From the human T2T-CHM13v2.0 reference genome, Homo sapiens, in assembly GCF_009914755.1 (NCBI RefSeq), contig NC_060925.1: a stretch of DNA of 64,000 nucleotides. One strand, 5' to 3'. Position numbers and translations under genes: made by a program. Under the pieces are notes generated by a model. The model did no database searches. It had not been told where the DNA came from and was given only the letters and a program-made list of their open reading frames with translations. Shown here one piece after another: positions 43,160-60,468 of this stretch; the stretch's first letter is position 1, and the number at the start of each line of letters is the position of its first letter.

Positions 43160-46030
43160 AGTTAGAAGGGATCCTCCACAAACTTCCACCACCATACCTG
43201 TCCATCCTCAAGCAACTGTACCAGGAACTCTGTCTGCCTTCCTGTCACTATAGATGAACTGTCTGTGTATCTGTCTAAGGCCTGTCCCTCCATTTGTAAG
43301 CTAGATCCCCACCGGTTTTCCTAATCAAGAACATTGCTCCTGAAACTGTCCTCCTCTTTCTCCTGTATCATCAACTTTTCCCTCTCTACTGACTCATCCT
43401 ACAAATATACAGGTCTTTCTCCCACCAAAAACCAAAGCAAAACAAAATTAACAAACACAATCACAGAAAAACCCTCTCTTGACCCTACTAGCCCTTCAGC
43501 TTCTGTGGTCACTCTCATCAACTCTTCTCCCATTCTCTCCCAAATCGCCCTCAGCCTGGTTTTTGTGCTCACCACTCTATTGGCACTGGCAGCCAACATG
43601 ATCAGTGACCTCCATTCAGCTAAACCGATGGTCAATGCTCAGGTCCCACCTTCCTTGATCTCATTAACAAGAATTGACACGGTTAATCATTTACCCCTAC
43701 TTGAAATATTTTCTTCATCTGGCTTCCAGAATAGCTCATTCTCCTATTCTTTCTGTTTCCTTGCTGGTAGCACCCCCTTAATTACTTAGTTCCTCCCTGA
43801 TTTCTTTTTTTTTTTTTTTTTTCATGATCTGGGATTTTGTTTTTAATTTTCTTAAGTCTTACGATCACCTATAATTTATAATTTCGTATATAGCTCCTCT
43901 ACTTTAATCCTTTTAACAAGTTGGCAAAGCACCATTGCCAATCACACACACACAGTAATTCTACAGTTCTGTGTTTTTGAATAGCGGTTTAATGACAATC
44001 GTAAGTTAATACTTAGTCCAACTTAGTCAAGAGTCTGAAAGTAAAGTTTAACTTGCTACTATTTCTTGTCACACTGATTTTAAAAGGTGACAAGTGTCAT
44101 CTATAAGTGTGAGAAGTGTTTTCATTTGATACGACACATAAACCATTAAAATGCCCTTCAATAAGTAAAAGGCAGCATTTTAGATACAGGGAATTCTAAT
44201 TAGCTGGGCAGAGTTAAGACCAAAAACATAAACATTGCGTTCTTACCTTCAGCCCTTACCTTTCACAGGCAAATGAACACAAATTTAAAGAACATGTGAG
44301 TCTTGCTTGGTTCTGAGACAGTGCAAGAATTTTTCCAGTATTAAAATATATTCATATAACTAGTTACACACATCTAAATTAAAAACCAGTCTCCAGTAGG
44401 TTTGGGGATGGCATTCTCGTCTTTGTGAAAAGTTGGACGTTTCTCATCAAGCTCAATCATATCTGTAGAAGGGGAAACAGGGATAGCATTTACTGAGTCC
44501 GAATTGCTGTCAAAATTCAAAAAAACTGATCATATTCATTTAACCAGAAGCCAGTCTTACTTATCAGGGCTGCCCAACAAAAATATTCTGCCAGTCATAC
44601 ATGACCTGAACCCTGGTATATTAGATCAATGACACTACAATACACGTAAAATCATGAGACAATTCTGGTTTCTAAGTAAATAAGGCAGTGACCAATTCTT
44701 TCTGCCTTCCTTTTAACACCAGTGGAGATCATTTTTGTTCCAGGGATGTACTACTTGGGATTCTCCAATTGCTCCTTCCGTAGATGATGCATTTGTTCTT
44801 CTTGGTGTCTGTGTACAAGAATCCAGCCACCTCACCTGTCTTGCACCCACAGAGACCATGGAGATTGGGCCCAGTCTTATGCTTGCCTCCCTTTTCCACG
44901 GTGTGGCACTGGACACACTTCTAAACAAAAACACTTTTGCTTTTTTCAACATCACCCATATTTAATTCTCTCTTTTGTTGCTCGCACTACAAAGGTTCCC
45001 GCTCAGAAGCTTGACATCTGGCTCTCTGAGATCTCCCTGACCTCTTAGTGTTGGAATGCCCGGAGGCCCAGGGATTTCTTTTCTTTTCCCCATCTCAACT
45101 TTCTCTTTGAATGTCATCATCCAGTCACATGGGCCAGGATGTCTCAATATATTGATATATCCCAACACTGCATCTACAGCCTGACCGTCTCCCCTTGTAT
45201 CTGTCAAGTATGCTTAGGCTATGCTGCAGTAATAAATAAACCCTAAAATCCCAGTGCCTAACTCTCCATGTCATAGTCTGATATATAGAACTACATCGTC
45301 CGGACATGGTCTCTCCTGGTTTGCCGCCGTGTCTGGGAAAAAGACTGGAGGATTGTATGGGATGTTTTAAAGGCTTAGAACTAGAGGTGGTTTCGACCCA
45401 CATCCCATTATCCAGAACCTATTGCCATGGCTCAAATCTAACTGCAAGGTGGTGTATAAAATGTAATCAGATACAGTTCCTGAACCCCAGACTGACACCT
45501 CCACTGAGATGCTAAATACATATATCACTTTTGCACTTAGATGTCAATAGATATATCAAACGTAACCTGTCCAAAACTGAACTCCTGATCTTCCCCTCAA
45601 AACCTGCTCCACCAGTAGCCTTCCCCATTTTAAGTGGTAGCAACTCCATCCTTGCTCATCTGGCCAAAACTTTGGAATCTCCCTGACTCCTCTCTCTCTC
45701 ATACACCCTACATCAAATCCATTAACAAAGCCTATTGGGTCTATCTATTTGTCAATGCCTGCTATTACAGACCCAAGTCATCACCACTGACCCGGATTAT
45801 TACAACAGGCTTTTTGTTGCTCTCTCTGCTTCCACTCTTGCCTCCATATAGCAGCAAGGGTAAAACCTTGAAAACAAAGTCAAAGCACATTGCTCCAAAG
45901 CTCGAAATCCTTATCATGGAGTAAAAGCCAAGACCTTACAATGACTTTCAAGGTTCTATTTGATTTTCTGCCTCTGTTACCTTTCTCCCATTAAACTTCA
46001 CCGCACTCACTCAGATGCAGCGAGTGGCTT
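43160..46030. mobile_element. L2 remnant split by the CYCS pseudogene and a MaLR fragment
   Basis: L2-like phrases (ccaaaactgaactcctgatcttcc) resume on both sides of the insertion. Confidence 0.6.
43801..45032 (-). pseudogene. CYCSP5: Somatic cytochrome c (CYCS) processed pseudogene with 5'UTR, disrupted CDS (~44698-44959), long 3'UTR and poly(A)
   Basis: Minus strand from ATG at 44959 gives, across frameshifts, [42 protein letters not shown]. It is intronless, has ATTAAA then poly(A) (T-run 43801-43822) and a ctccctga direct repeat on both sides. The locus number (P5) is from memory. Confidence 0.9.
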
Positions 46031-46289
46031 CCTTACCGTTCCTCAAGTAAGAGTAGTTTCTACACAATGGTGAGAAGAGAAGCCAGACTGCAGGGGGTTT
46101 GCAAAATCAATGAGAAGTTTACAAGTAGAGGCAAAATATAGTCTACAGTTTTTCAGCTTTGGGCTGGAAAATAGAAGAAAGAGACAGGAATTTACCTATA
46201 GAGAAAAACACAAAATATGACCTGGATTTTTTTAAAGAGGAAGATAGATGAGTATGTTTACAGTTTGAGGATAAAGAAAGGAAGGTTAG

Positions 46290-48322
<2,033 letters not shown>

Positions 48323-49013
48323 TCAAGGGGCAGATGAGAGGACAAGTGGGGGATGGGAGAGGGTGAGGTGGGAGAGTAGTCTACTGGAACAGCACTATTT
48401 GGGATTTTTGTGGCAGCACTTGTTTCTAGAAATAACTTATTTGTCTGCTACTAGGAATCACTTGATAAAACCTTTTACTTCCAATTATCCTAAGATAATG
48501 AACTGAATACTAGAGGTCAACGACAGAGGGACAAATGGGTAAGGTCCATTGTCCAGTTCCACTGAATTATAGTATACATAGTTGAAAACCAGGTATCCGA
48601 TCAGGTATTCATCAGAGGTGAATTTAGCTGCTCACTCTGAGACTCTGGCAGACTTGAATCAATCAAGCTTTGAGAATCAGCGGCAGGGGTGGCCACCGGG
48701 AAATTAGCCCATAGTCTAGGTCTCTGGATTACAATAAATGCCTTAACGTTATAGGGAATGGCTCAGGTACAAGGCTCGGCAGAGTTTTACCGATAAAAGG
48801 ACAATAGACTGACTGTCCAACACTCATAAGAAGGAAGCCAGCCCTGGGAGTGTGATCTAGCTGGGAACCCAAGTCATCACAGCTGGATTCAGAGTCCCAG
48901 GGCTTGCCCCACACTTACTAGCATTTGATGATGAGTCTATCACGCTCCAATCCCAAACTAGAATTCAGTGCCACAGAAGCAGCCCTAGAGGAAACAGTGG
49001 GGCAGGATTTCTT

Positions 49014-49566
49014 TGTTACCCTGCAGGGAGTTCAGGAACAGATATTCTGGGTGTTTTAAGGGTCCTGAGGATTCGCTTTAGTCAGGTACGGTAAGATATA
49101 CAGACGCGGAAATGGCCATCAGGAAGGAAGTGCATTATACATACAGATCCCTAGAAACTGGGGGCAAGGCATGCTCCATGGGGCCACACATGGAAACATC
49201 AGGGTCAGTCAGGAGGCAGAGGGAGTGAGGGGGAAATGTGGGCAGAGCCTTATTGCAGTTTCTGTGGGAAGGAATAGGAGAGGCAGGGTAAGCATGTTTG
49301 AAATTGGCTACTTTGAATAATTTCAATGGGGCTCTGGGGACTAGGGACTCTCCCTGGTTGTAGTGTGTCTGCCTCTGGGGTGATGAGGGTAGGAGGATAG
49401 TAGCCCAGGGCTACTAATAAAGAACCCCCTTTCATAGGCAGGGGCTCCTGGAAGAGTTGGTTACTATCTCTAGGAATTGGCTAACCTTCCGCAGACCCCC
49501 TAGAGTCAGCAAGGCCCCAGAAGTTATGGCATCAGAATACAGAAAATTAAAGTCGTGGTTAATACA
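49014..49566 (-). mobile_element. ERVL solo LTR (MER74-like)
   Basis: Minus strand begins TGTATTAACCA..., contains ggggccttgctgac and gccaattcctagagatag, ends ...AACA. Confidence 0.65.
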
Positions 49567-49872
49567 ATGGGATAGCCACAAGGATTTGTCTAATAGGTTT
49601 GCAGGTGCACAGAGAGGTCTCTTTCCCAATTCCCAAAATGGAACTACCACTGTGGGGAGGTTACAAATTGCAAGGAAGAGCTGCCAACTAGTAACATTTC
49701 TGCATTTCTTAGGCTTAATTAGTATTATACCCTACATTAAAGAACATTCATGAAAATAAGCCATGCTTATATAGACAAGTATTTTTTCAAATATATTCAA
49801 TGATATAAATTAAACATCATTGTAAAAGATCTTTACAAACCCAGAAATTATGGGTCATGTAATTTACACTTA

Positions 49873-49891
49873 TTGCCACTAGATGGCACTG
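49873..49891 (+). promoter_or_regulatory. Candidate CTCF site
   Basis: ttgCCACTAGATGGCACtg is a close match to the CTCF core motif. Confidence 0.55.
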
Positions 49892-49998
49892 TAGCATATT
49901 GCTCTTGCAAAAGATGCCAGCTCAGTTCAATTAAGATTTTTTTTTTTTTTTTAATAAAACATATGGCTTGCAACTAGTTCTTAATAATGTAAGAATCT

Positions 49999-50272
49999 GG
50001 CCAGGCATGGTGGCTCACACCTGTAATCCCAGTGCTTTGGGAATCAGAGGCAGGAGGGTGGTTTGAGGCCAGGTGTTCAAGATGAGGCTGGACAACATAG
50101 TGAGACTCCCCATCTCTACAAAAGATTTTAAAATTTACTGGGTGTGGTGGCACATACCTGTAGTCCTAAAGTTAGGAGGATCCCTTGAGCCCAAGAATTA
50201 GGGGTTATAGTGAGCTATGATTGTGCCACTGCACTCCAGCCTCTGCAACAGAGCAAGACCCCATCTCTAAAA
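49999..50272 (+). mobile_element. AluJ
   Basis: Diverged Alu with a small deletion. Confidence 0.9.
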
Positions 50273-51969
50273 TACCAATAAATGGTAATAATTCAATACT
50301 CTGATGACTTTTGGAAGATGCAAACATTCTGTTCTTTCCAAAGCTCCTAGAATTAGAGCTTTGCTAAAGCCTGACCCAAATCTCTGAAACTATACAAAAA
50401 TACATGTATGCCTGCACATGTGTGCATTTGTCTGTTGCGAAAGGGTCCCAGAGCTCTCAGTAGAGTTTTTGAATACTCTGTGGCCTTCCTCCCCATCAGA
50501 AAAGAAGCCAAACACCAATCCTCCAATCCCTAGCTAGTCATGCCTGTTTGAGAACTAACCTTCTGAGTTCATCTCTTCATGACGTCTCAAAACTAAATAG
50601 GATGGAAAGAAAATAACTTCTCAGGTACCACTTTTTGACATTTAAAATTTTTGTCCCCAGTTTGTGAGAATGGGACAATAAATGCTTTTAATAACAAGGG
50701 TTGGGTGTTAGCAAGCTGTAGCAGACCTAGAAGGCCAGATACAAATGTGAGGTGAAGCAGAGATGGGGCAGTGAGTCAGGAGACACTGTCAAGGACCTGT
50801 TATTTTGTCTGATAGACACAGAGCAGTGAGTGCAGCAAGAAGCTCTACCAGAAGGAGAAGGTGGGGCGACAGTCCCAGAGCCAGCAGCCTCGAAGCAAGT
50901 GCCTGACACTAAGGTCCTAAGTGAAATTCTACCCAACAGGCATGGGGGACAATTTCATTCAGAAATATGGGAGTAACTGACGGAGAAGGAAAACATGTAA
51001 CCATTCTTACGGTCACAAGTTCTGGTGTGCAAAGGCACGACTTTATCAAGAATTGAACTTTTAGCTCTGATTTCAAGCCTCTATGTTCACATGGTAGCAG
51101 GGAGAAAAATATTAATATGAAGCACTACAGCTCTTTTGAACACTTACTGAGTTTGCGGTAAATAAGCCCAATGGGACCTGTGTCTCCAGCTGTAGCATCA
51201 AGGCAGGGGTAGCCGGTCCATCTTGCACTCCCCTTGCTGGTGTCTGCTGTTGGTAGAAGTCGTCTTGCATTCTCTGAGCATGGGCTAGGTGTGACTATAG
51301 ATCCAGGGAGCGTACAGGCTACGTCTGCTTCTCAGCCTCACCTCGACTTACTGACACCACTGATCCTTCCAGACTCAGCCACACCTTCCAGCTGGTTCCT
51401 CCTAGGGGGATCTGCAGCATCTCCGTTCTCATCATAGTAATTCTGTGGTTTCATTCTCTAGTACATCTAGTACATAATAGGCAGCAAATGAATATATGAG
51501 CTAAAAGACAACAGGGCATCCTGCTGTGCCCTTGCTCTGCCCTTTCTCCATCCATCACATCCTTCCGTCTTTCTCCCTGCTAACACCCATGACAGCAGTA
51601 CCTAAGCTACCCTCACCTGATCAACAGATGGACCCTGTCCAGTGAAGAGAACTTAGAGTTCCAAATGGTCAAAAAGTAAAACATTTCTCCTTCATTACTA
51701 TCAGGTTTTATTTTGAGAGCTGAATGAAAGAACATCTGTTTATTTCATCCAGCTGTCAAAAGACACCTAAACAATAGGTACTGTTATTATTTTACAGAAA
51801 AAAAAATCAAGGCTTCAAGAGTTTAAGTAACTCCCCCAGAGTTACTTTATCACTTTATGAAGTGATAAAGACAGGATTTAAACCTAAGCACTTCTGACTC
51901 AGAAGCTGGAACTCTTAACCCCTCTATTTTATATTAAACTAGTATCTTTCTGTTTGTTGTTTCTTTCAG

Positions 51970-52069
51970 ATTTGATGATAATGGCTATGTTAAAGACGTT
52001 GAAGCAAATTTCATAGTGTGGGAAATACACGGCAGGGATGACTATAGCTTTAATAATACTATGGCACAG
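51970..52069 (+). CDS. CATSPERE: CatSper-epsilon coding exon (100 nt; FDDNGYVKDVEANFIVWEIHGRDDYSFNNTMAQ)
   Basis: ttctttcag/A ... CAG/gtatgg; phase 2 to 0. Confidence 0.93.
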
Positions 52070-52764
52070 GTATGGCATCTTTGGATTTAACCAGAATTTA
52101 GCATGCAACTAGACAATGTCTTCCTGTTTTAAATTTATAAATAAGCGATCTAAGGAAAATAGAATAAGGCAGCAGTGGGTAGGAAAAAAATCACCTCTAG
52201 ATTAAATTATATGGCTACTAAAATTCATTTATGAAAAATAGAAGTTGTCACATAAGACAGACATAAAGGGGTCAGAAAAAAAATAACATTTATAGTAGGA
52301 TGATGCAACTCTATGAGTCTTCTTTTCTCTCCAAACTGTATTCAGTGTTTGATTATTTATGGGTCTGCCTTTGGCTTTAGGACATTTATCACTTGTGCAC
52401 TAAGTCAAACGGACACTCTGGGCTTCGTCTCACTTGACTTCCCTGCATCATTTGACCCTGCTGACTTTGGCTTCAGTGTCCCTACACTCTCCCGGCTTCC
52501 TTCCACCCGCCAGGACTGGTTGCTCTTGGCCTCCTTGGTGAATCTCCCTTATTCTATCCTTTCACTTTGTAGGCCGCAGCAGAGTGGTCTTACCACTCCC
52601 AATCAACACATTTCCCCTCCCTGTGTGGGCCTTCCTGCCCTGAGGGCCTCCTGTCATGATGGAGCCTCTCTAGAAGTTACCAGCACTGATTTCTAATATT
52701 CCCCACAGATTTCACTCGCAAAAAAAAAAAACACAAAAAACAGGGATGGCTCTTTCCGAAGTAA

Positions 52765-53176
<412 letters not shown>

Positions 53177-53524
53177 AATTGTCTTTCAGTTATGTAACCA
53201 AATACATCCGTCCCACCACACATTCCACCTATGCTTGTTCAGCACCTAATATGTAAGTTCTCCTGGTCTGCTTCCTCTGCACAGTCTCATCCCTATACTA
53301 TTGTATCCATCTTCTCCCTTGGTCCAGACTCCCATCACTCTCTTCCTTCTCAAACCTTTCCATTATGCCTCAAGGTTAAACGCTCTAGATCCTTCTTCAA
53401 TAAAAGTTCCTCAGAGGACAACCCTTTCCCTACAGTTCTATCGAACCAAGAGTACTCTTTCTCTCACCCCATATACTTAAGGGTGAGATTTGGGGTTGAT
53501 GTTCTCCCTCATCCATAGTATCAT

Positions 53525-53562
53525 TGCTGCACTTGGTCTTAGCCAAAAGGCCACTAAGAGAT
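53525..53562 (-). pseudogene. U2 snRNA 5' fragment (nt ~1-38), tailless retropseudogene
   Basis: Reverse complement matches the U2 5' end ATCGCTTCTCGGCCTTTTGGCTAAGATCAAGTGTAGTA at 31/38; flanked by atagtatcatt / acagtatcatt. Confidence 0.85.
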
Positions 53563-53689
53563 ACAGTATCATTTCCAGGTCATTCTCTCTTCACTCTAAG
53601 TAAAACTCCATTTGTTTGAGGCTCCTGCCATTCAGTTGACATCTATGCCATCCCTACTTACTGGTACCGTATACTCAGAACTGGATCAC

Positions 53690-54828
<1,139 letters not shown>

Positions 54829-55213
54829 TTGCATTTCAGTTCAAACAGTTTACCCTCTGACCTCAACCCCCAATCCTTTAGCTATCTCATTGTTATTCAC
54901 ACTACTCCAGTCTCCTACTTTGTCTCACACAACCTGGCCATCTGCTGTACTGAACCCTCTGCTTTCTCCTTCTCCCTCTCTCTCACGTTTCCTCCCTTCC
55001 CTTCCTATGCAGCGTGAGCTCCATAGTTCAATTCTCTAGCACCATCTTGCCAATATCGATTTCTCTGTATCTCTATCTGTATCTCATTTTTCCCAGTATT
55101 ATTTCTGCTTGCTGTTAGGGCAACTTTAAACACTCATCTTTCTGCTTTATCCATGCCTGTGTCTGAGTTGCTCAATTCCTATCTTGGAGCTGATCACTTT
55201 CAGAAAAAAATTA

Positions 55214-55486
<273 letters not shown>

Positions 55487-55597
55487 CTTAGAAAATTATG
55501 AATAGATAGAAACATCCTTCACCTAATGAAATGTAGATACAAAACATTATGGCAAACATTATATTTAATGGTAAAAATTTGAAAACTTTCACTTTGA

Positions 55598-55894
<297 letters not shown>

Positions 55895-56042
55895 TGAAGA
55901 TCTTTGTAATAAGAAAAAAATAATAAAAACAAATAAAAGGTATAAGGATGGGAAAGAAAAACATAAAACTGTCATATTCGCAGATGACACACCTGTTCAT
56001 GTGAAACAATTAGAATTAATAAGTGAGTTTAGAAATTCTCTC

Positions 56043-56328
56043 GGCCAAGCACATGCCTGTAATCCCAACACTTTGGGAGGCTGAGGCAGGAAGATGGCTT
56101 GAGGCCAAGAGTTCGAGGCCAGCCTTGGCAACATAGCGAGGCTCCATCTCTACAAAAATTAAAAAACTAAAAGTTAGCCAGGCATGCTGGCACACACCTG
56201 TAGTCCTAGGTACTTGAGAGGCTGAGGCAGGAGGATCACTTGAGCCCAGGAGCTCGAGGCTGCAGTGAGCTATGATCTTCCCTGCACTGCAGCCTGGGCA
56301 ACAGAGTGAGACTCTGTCTCAAAAAAAA
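56043..56328 (+). mobile_element. AluJ
   Basis: TSD aaattctctc. Confidence 0.92.
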
Positions 56329-56515
56329 ATTCTCTCAACACAAGATCAATATACAAAAATCAATTGTCAATTATTCCTCTGTATACCAGCCAACATTTAA
56401 ATAATGTAAGTTTTAAAAATACAAAATTTTCAATAGCAACAAAACATTAAATACTTAGGAATAAGTTGATATGAAAACTTCTACCTACCCACATACATGT
56501 GCCATCTTTTGACAG

Positions 56516-56602
56516 AGTGGTTGTTTACATGAAGCACAGACATGGAAGTCAATGATTGAACTTAACAAGCACCTCCCACTAGAAGAAGTCTGGGGACCTG
56601 AG
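56516..56602 (+). CDS. CATSPERE: CatSper-epsilon coding exon (87 nt; SGCLHEAQTWKSMIELNKHLPLEEVWGPE)
   Basis: cttttgacag/AGT ... GAG/gtaaga; phase 0 to 0. Confidence 0.93.
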
Positions 56603-57029
56603 GTAAGAGAAACATTACCTTCCAGATTGTTTATTTGGAATAACTAATCTGGCATTTTGCTATTAACAAAAACTTGATGGAAACATTTTGGATTTAAATT
56701 TGCTTTGGTAAATCAAATCCTATTTTTATATTAAATTGTATCATGGTATTTTTAAAACGCTTCATCTTAATTTCTGCGTGATCTTTTGTTGGTTCTGTGT
56801 TACTATTTTAATTTTCACTGCTGTAAATATGTGTTCGCAGATTATTAAATATGTGTTAAACATGTGAAAGCATCAAGAGTGAGTCTTTGTAAAGACTACC
56901 TAGCTCCCTTACATTAACCTCAGGTCTTTACTGAAAAATCAAGTTGTCAATGAGGACTTCCCTGGCCACCATATGGAAAAACTTAACCATCACTTTCATG
57001 AAAGCGCATATTTCTCCCTATTTTCTTTC

Positions 57030-57335
57030 CTTTTTTTTTTTTTTTTGAGACAGAGTCTCTCTCTGTTGCCTAGGCTGCTAAGCTGGAGGGCAGTGGCACA
57101 ATCTCTGCTCACTGCAACTTCCACCTCCCAGGTTCAAGTGATTCTCCTGCCTCAGCCTCCTGAGTAGCTGGGACTACAGGCATGTGCCACCACGCCTGGC
57201 TAATTTTTGTGTTTTTAGTAGAGACGGCATTTCACCATGTTGGCCAGGCTGGTTTTGACTCCTGACCTCAAGTGATCCACCTGCCTCAGCCTCCCAAAGT
57301 GCTGGGATTACAGGCGTGAGCCACCGCACCCAGCC
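57030..57335 (-). mobile_element. AluS
   Basis: Antisense dimeric Alu; TSD ctccctatttt-like. Confidence 0.93.
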
Positions 57336-57583
57336 TCCCTCCCCTATTTTATTTAATATCATTAGCGTTTATAACTATGACACATTACATAGCCTACTTT
57401 CAAAATCTTATTTATTTTCTAGCTCCCTTACTAGAATGTAAGCTCCATGAGGGAAATTTTGTTTTGTTCACTGCATCTAATGCATTATAGGTGCTCATTA
57501 AATATTTGTGGACCAAATTAATTAATTATAGATCATATACCTATTATAAAGAGTACTTTTCTACTGTTTAAAAATCATAAGGG

Positions 57584-57905
57584 GGCCAGGCATGGTGGCT
57601 CACACCTGTAATCCTAACACTTTCTGAGGCCGAGGCGTGTGGATCACTTGAGCCCAGGAGTTCAAGACCAGCCTGGGCAACATGGTAAGACCCCATCTTT
57701 ACAAAAATTAAAAAAAAAAAATTAGCTGGGCCTGGTGGTGCATGCCTGTAGTCCCAGCTACTCAGGAAGCTGAGGTGGGAGGATCACTTGAGCCCCGACA
57801 GCTGAGGTTGCAGTGAGCCATGATCATGCCTCTGCATTCCAGCCAGGGTGACACAGTGAGACCTTGTCTCAAAAAAGAAAAAAAAATCAAATTAAAAAAT
57901 AAAAA
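57584..57905 (+). mobile_element. AluJ
   Basis: TSD aaaaatcataagg. Confidence 0.92.
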
Positions 57906-58155
57906 TCATAAGGAATTAAACTGGTAATTAAATCAGTTAAAACGAAACTTACCCTCCTGATTTTTCATTGAAGGACATCCAAGGGTCTGGAGTTAGGGAC
58001 AGGGATAAATGATAGGTGAGGATGATATCCCCAAATCTTACAAAAGGCACCTAAATATTCTAAGATTCTGCCGAAATAACATACTCCAAAGAAGCAGTGA
58101 GCTCACTGGGTAATTAACAATCATGAAGCTTGCCTCAATTGGTATGATATGGTAC

Positions 58156-58325
58156 AATGGTTCTCAAACTTTAGCATACATCAGAATCTCCAAAAGACCT
58201 TGTTGAAATAGATGGCTGGGTCCCACTCCCAGAGTTTCTAATTCAGCAGGTCTTGGTTGGGGCCCAAAAATTTGCACCTCAATGATACTGATATGCTGAT
58301 CTGGGGACTGCGTTTCAGAGCAATT
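58156..58325. mobile_element. MER5A-like hAT element
   Basis: caatggttctcaaacttt...catcagaatc motif; related remnants at ~35790-35950 and ~36080-36190. Confidence 0.7.
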
Positions 58326-58936
58326 GAAATAGTAGCGTACAGTCTAGAAAGACTCTGGAGTGCCCACGCCAGGCCCTGCGTGTTCCATTCTACTACATGA
58401 GAAGCTTAAAGCTTACCACTGAAAGGGTGAATTCAGTCTGAAGTCTGAATATAATAGAAAGCAGGTACCTGCAAAGACTAGTTATGTCCTCGTGAGTAAG
58501 TCTACTCTTACTGAAGGGTGTCATTATTACGTTGTATCTTAACTCAACAGGGCAATCAGGGCTGCTTTCTTCCTGAAACATATACCTGAAATGAAATAGA
58601 AAGCCTTCCAGTTCTTGGAGCTACACTAATTGCTACCTAGTCCTTCTGATTCTAGAAGGATGAACGACACCTACATTTTAAAAAAATCAGGGAAGAAGCT
58701 CTGGGGACTGTAAATTCTTAGGGAAAACACTGAAGGACTCATAAGCAAGCGTGGCATTTTCACAGGTTCTCCTGGTAAGGTTGGAGGTTGAGAAGGAAAG
58801 GGAGAATATGGGTGCTGAGTGCTTGTCTACATCCACACGATACAGAATCCGATTTGAGTTTCTTGATGTGGCTGAAAATACTAGACTGGGAAGTCCTGGG
58901 CTAAAAATTGAGTATAATGCATGAGGCTAGGGGAGA

Positions 58937-59133
<197 letters not shown>

Positions 59134-60032
59134 TGATCAAGTGGGCTTTCGCATGAAAAAAGATGGGAGAAGAAACAATAATGGCGGGAGAGGGGGAAGT
59201 TTTAATAATATAACAGGGAATATCAGGCAGTGATATCTTTCTGGCAGTGACACAGAAAAAGGAGCAAGAGTCAGCAGGTATCATCATTCACATTAGGAAA
59301 TAAGGAAATAGGAAACAATATAAATATTCCTGCATGTCTATATACAAAAATACATAATGATACAAGGCTATTAGGTCTTTACTAGCAATGCTTTGTTGTA
59401 TGATATATGCACAGCTTCCAAACATACTTAGAATATACCACATACTTTTCCAATTAAGTTCATGGACCCATGTATTAAGTAACTTGGTAGGACAAGTTTC
59501 ACAGTTTATTTTTGACCTGGAAGAACCCTTCACCAAAAAATATATTTTGTATTTTCAAGTGGGGATACATCAAAAAAACAAGTCTTTTACTTATTTTTCA
59601 TTAATCCAACATATTGTTTTATAAAAGTGCTACAGACCACAATGGCAAAAAGGTAGACAACGGCAAGAAATGCTAGAAGAAACAGATTTTTTGAAAAACA
59701 ACGTCAGAGTTTATCGAGACATATAGTAATATTTTTAAATTAAATATAATCAAGAGTTTTAGGGATGCCACTTATGATTAAAATGTAATTATAGGATAAT
59801 TCACCTACATAAAATAAAATGACCTGCTAAGAAGGGAAATAGAGGAATTTTCAGTGAGAAGGCAATATTCAACCTTTATCCCTCCCCTTACAATAACTAG
59901 TCCTGATCTGTGTCCATTGAGGCTTCTGTTCCTCAGTTCCTACTCCTGAACCTGGCCTTTTATCAAACTAAGGATGCAGTGGCCTGTATACAAGAATCCT
60001 TCAAAAATCCTTCCCTGGATGATTAGTCAGTT

Positions 60033-60468
60033 CTGGTAGTATGTTTTGAATTTTTGTCCCTTCCAAAACTCATGTTAAAATTCCAACTCCAGTACAGCAG
60101 CATTGAGAGGGGGAGCCTTTAAGAGGTGATTGGATCATGAAGGCAGAGCCCCCATACGTGGATTAATCCATTCATAGATTAGTGGATTAATGGGATAATG
60201 GATTTGTGGGTTTCATGGGAGTGGGACCGGCAGTTTTATCACAATAGGAAGAGAGACCTGAGCTATCGTGCTCTGCCCCCTTGCCATGTGATGTCCTGTG
60301 ACACTTTGGGACCCTGCAGAGTCCCCACCAGGAAGATGGCCCTCACCAGATGCAACCCTTCGACCTTGGACTTCTCAGCCTCCTTGGAAAGGAATGAATT
60401 CCTTTTCCTTATAAATTACTCCATTTCAGGTGTTCTGTTAAAAGCAACAGAAAACAAACTAACACACA
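60033..60468 (+). mobile_element. MaLR LTR (MST-type)
   Basis: ccaaaactcatgtt...agcaacagaaaacaaactaacaca. Confidence 0.8.

Noticed and set aside
44713-44965. ORFs 44713..44955(-) and 44735..44965(+)
   Set aside because: Off-frame or antisense readings of the cytochrome c pseudogene
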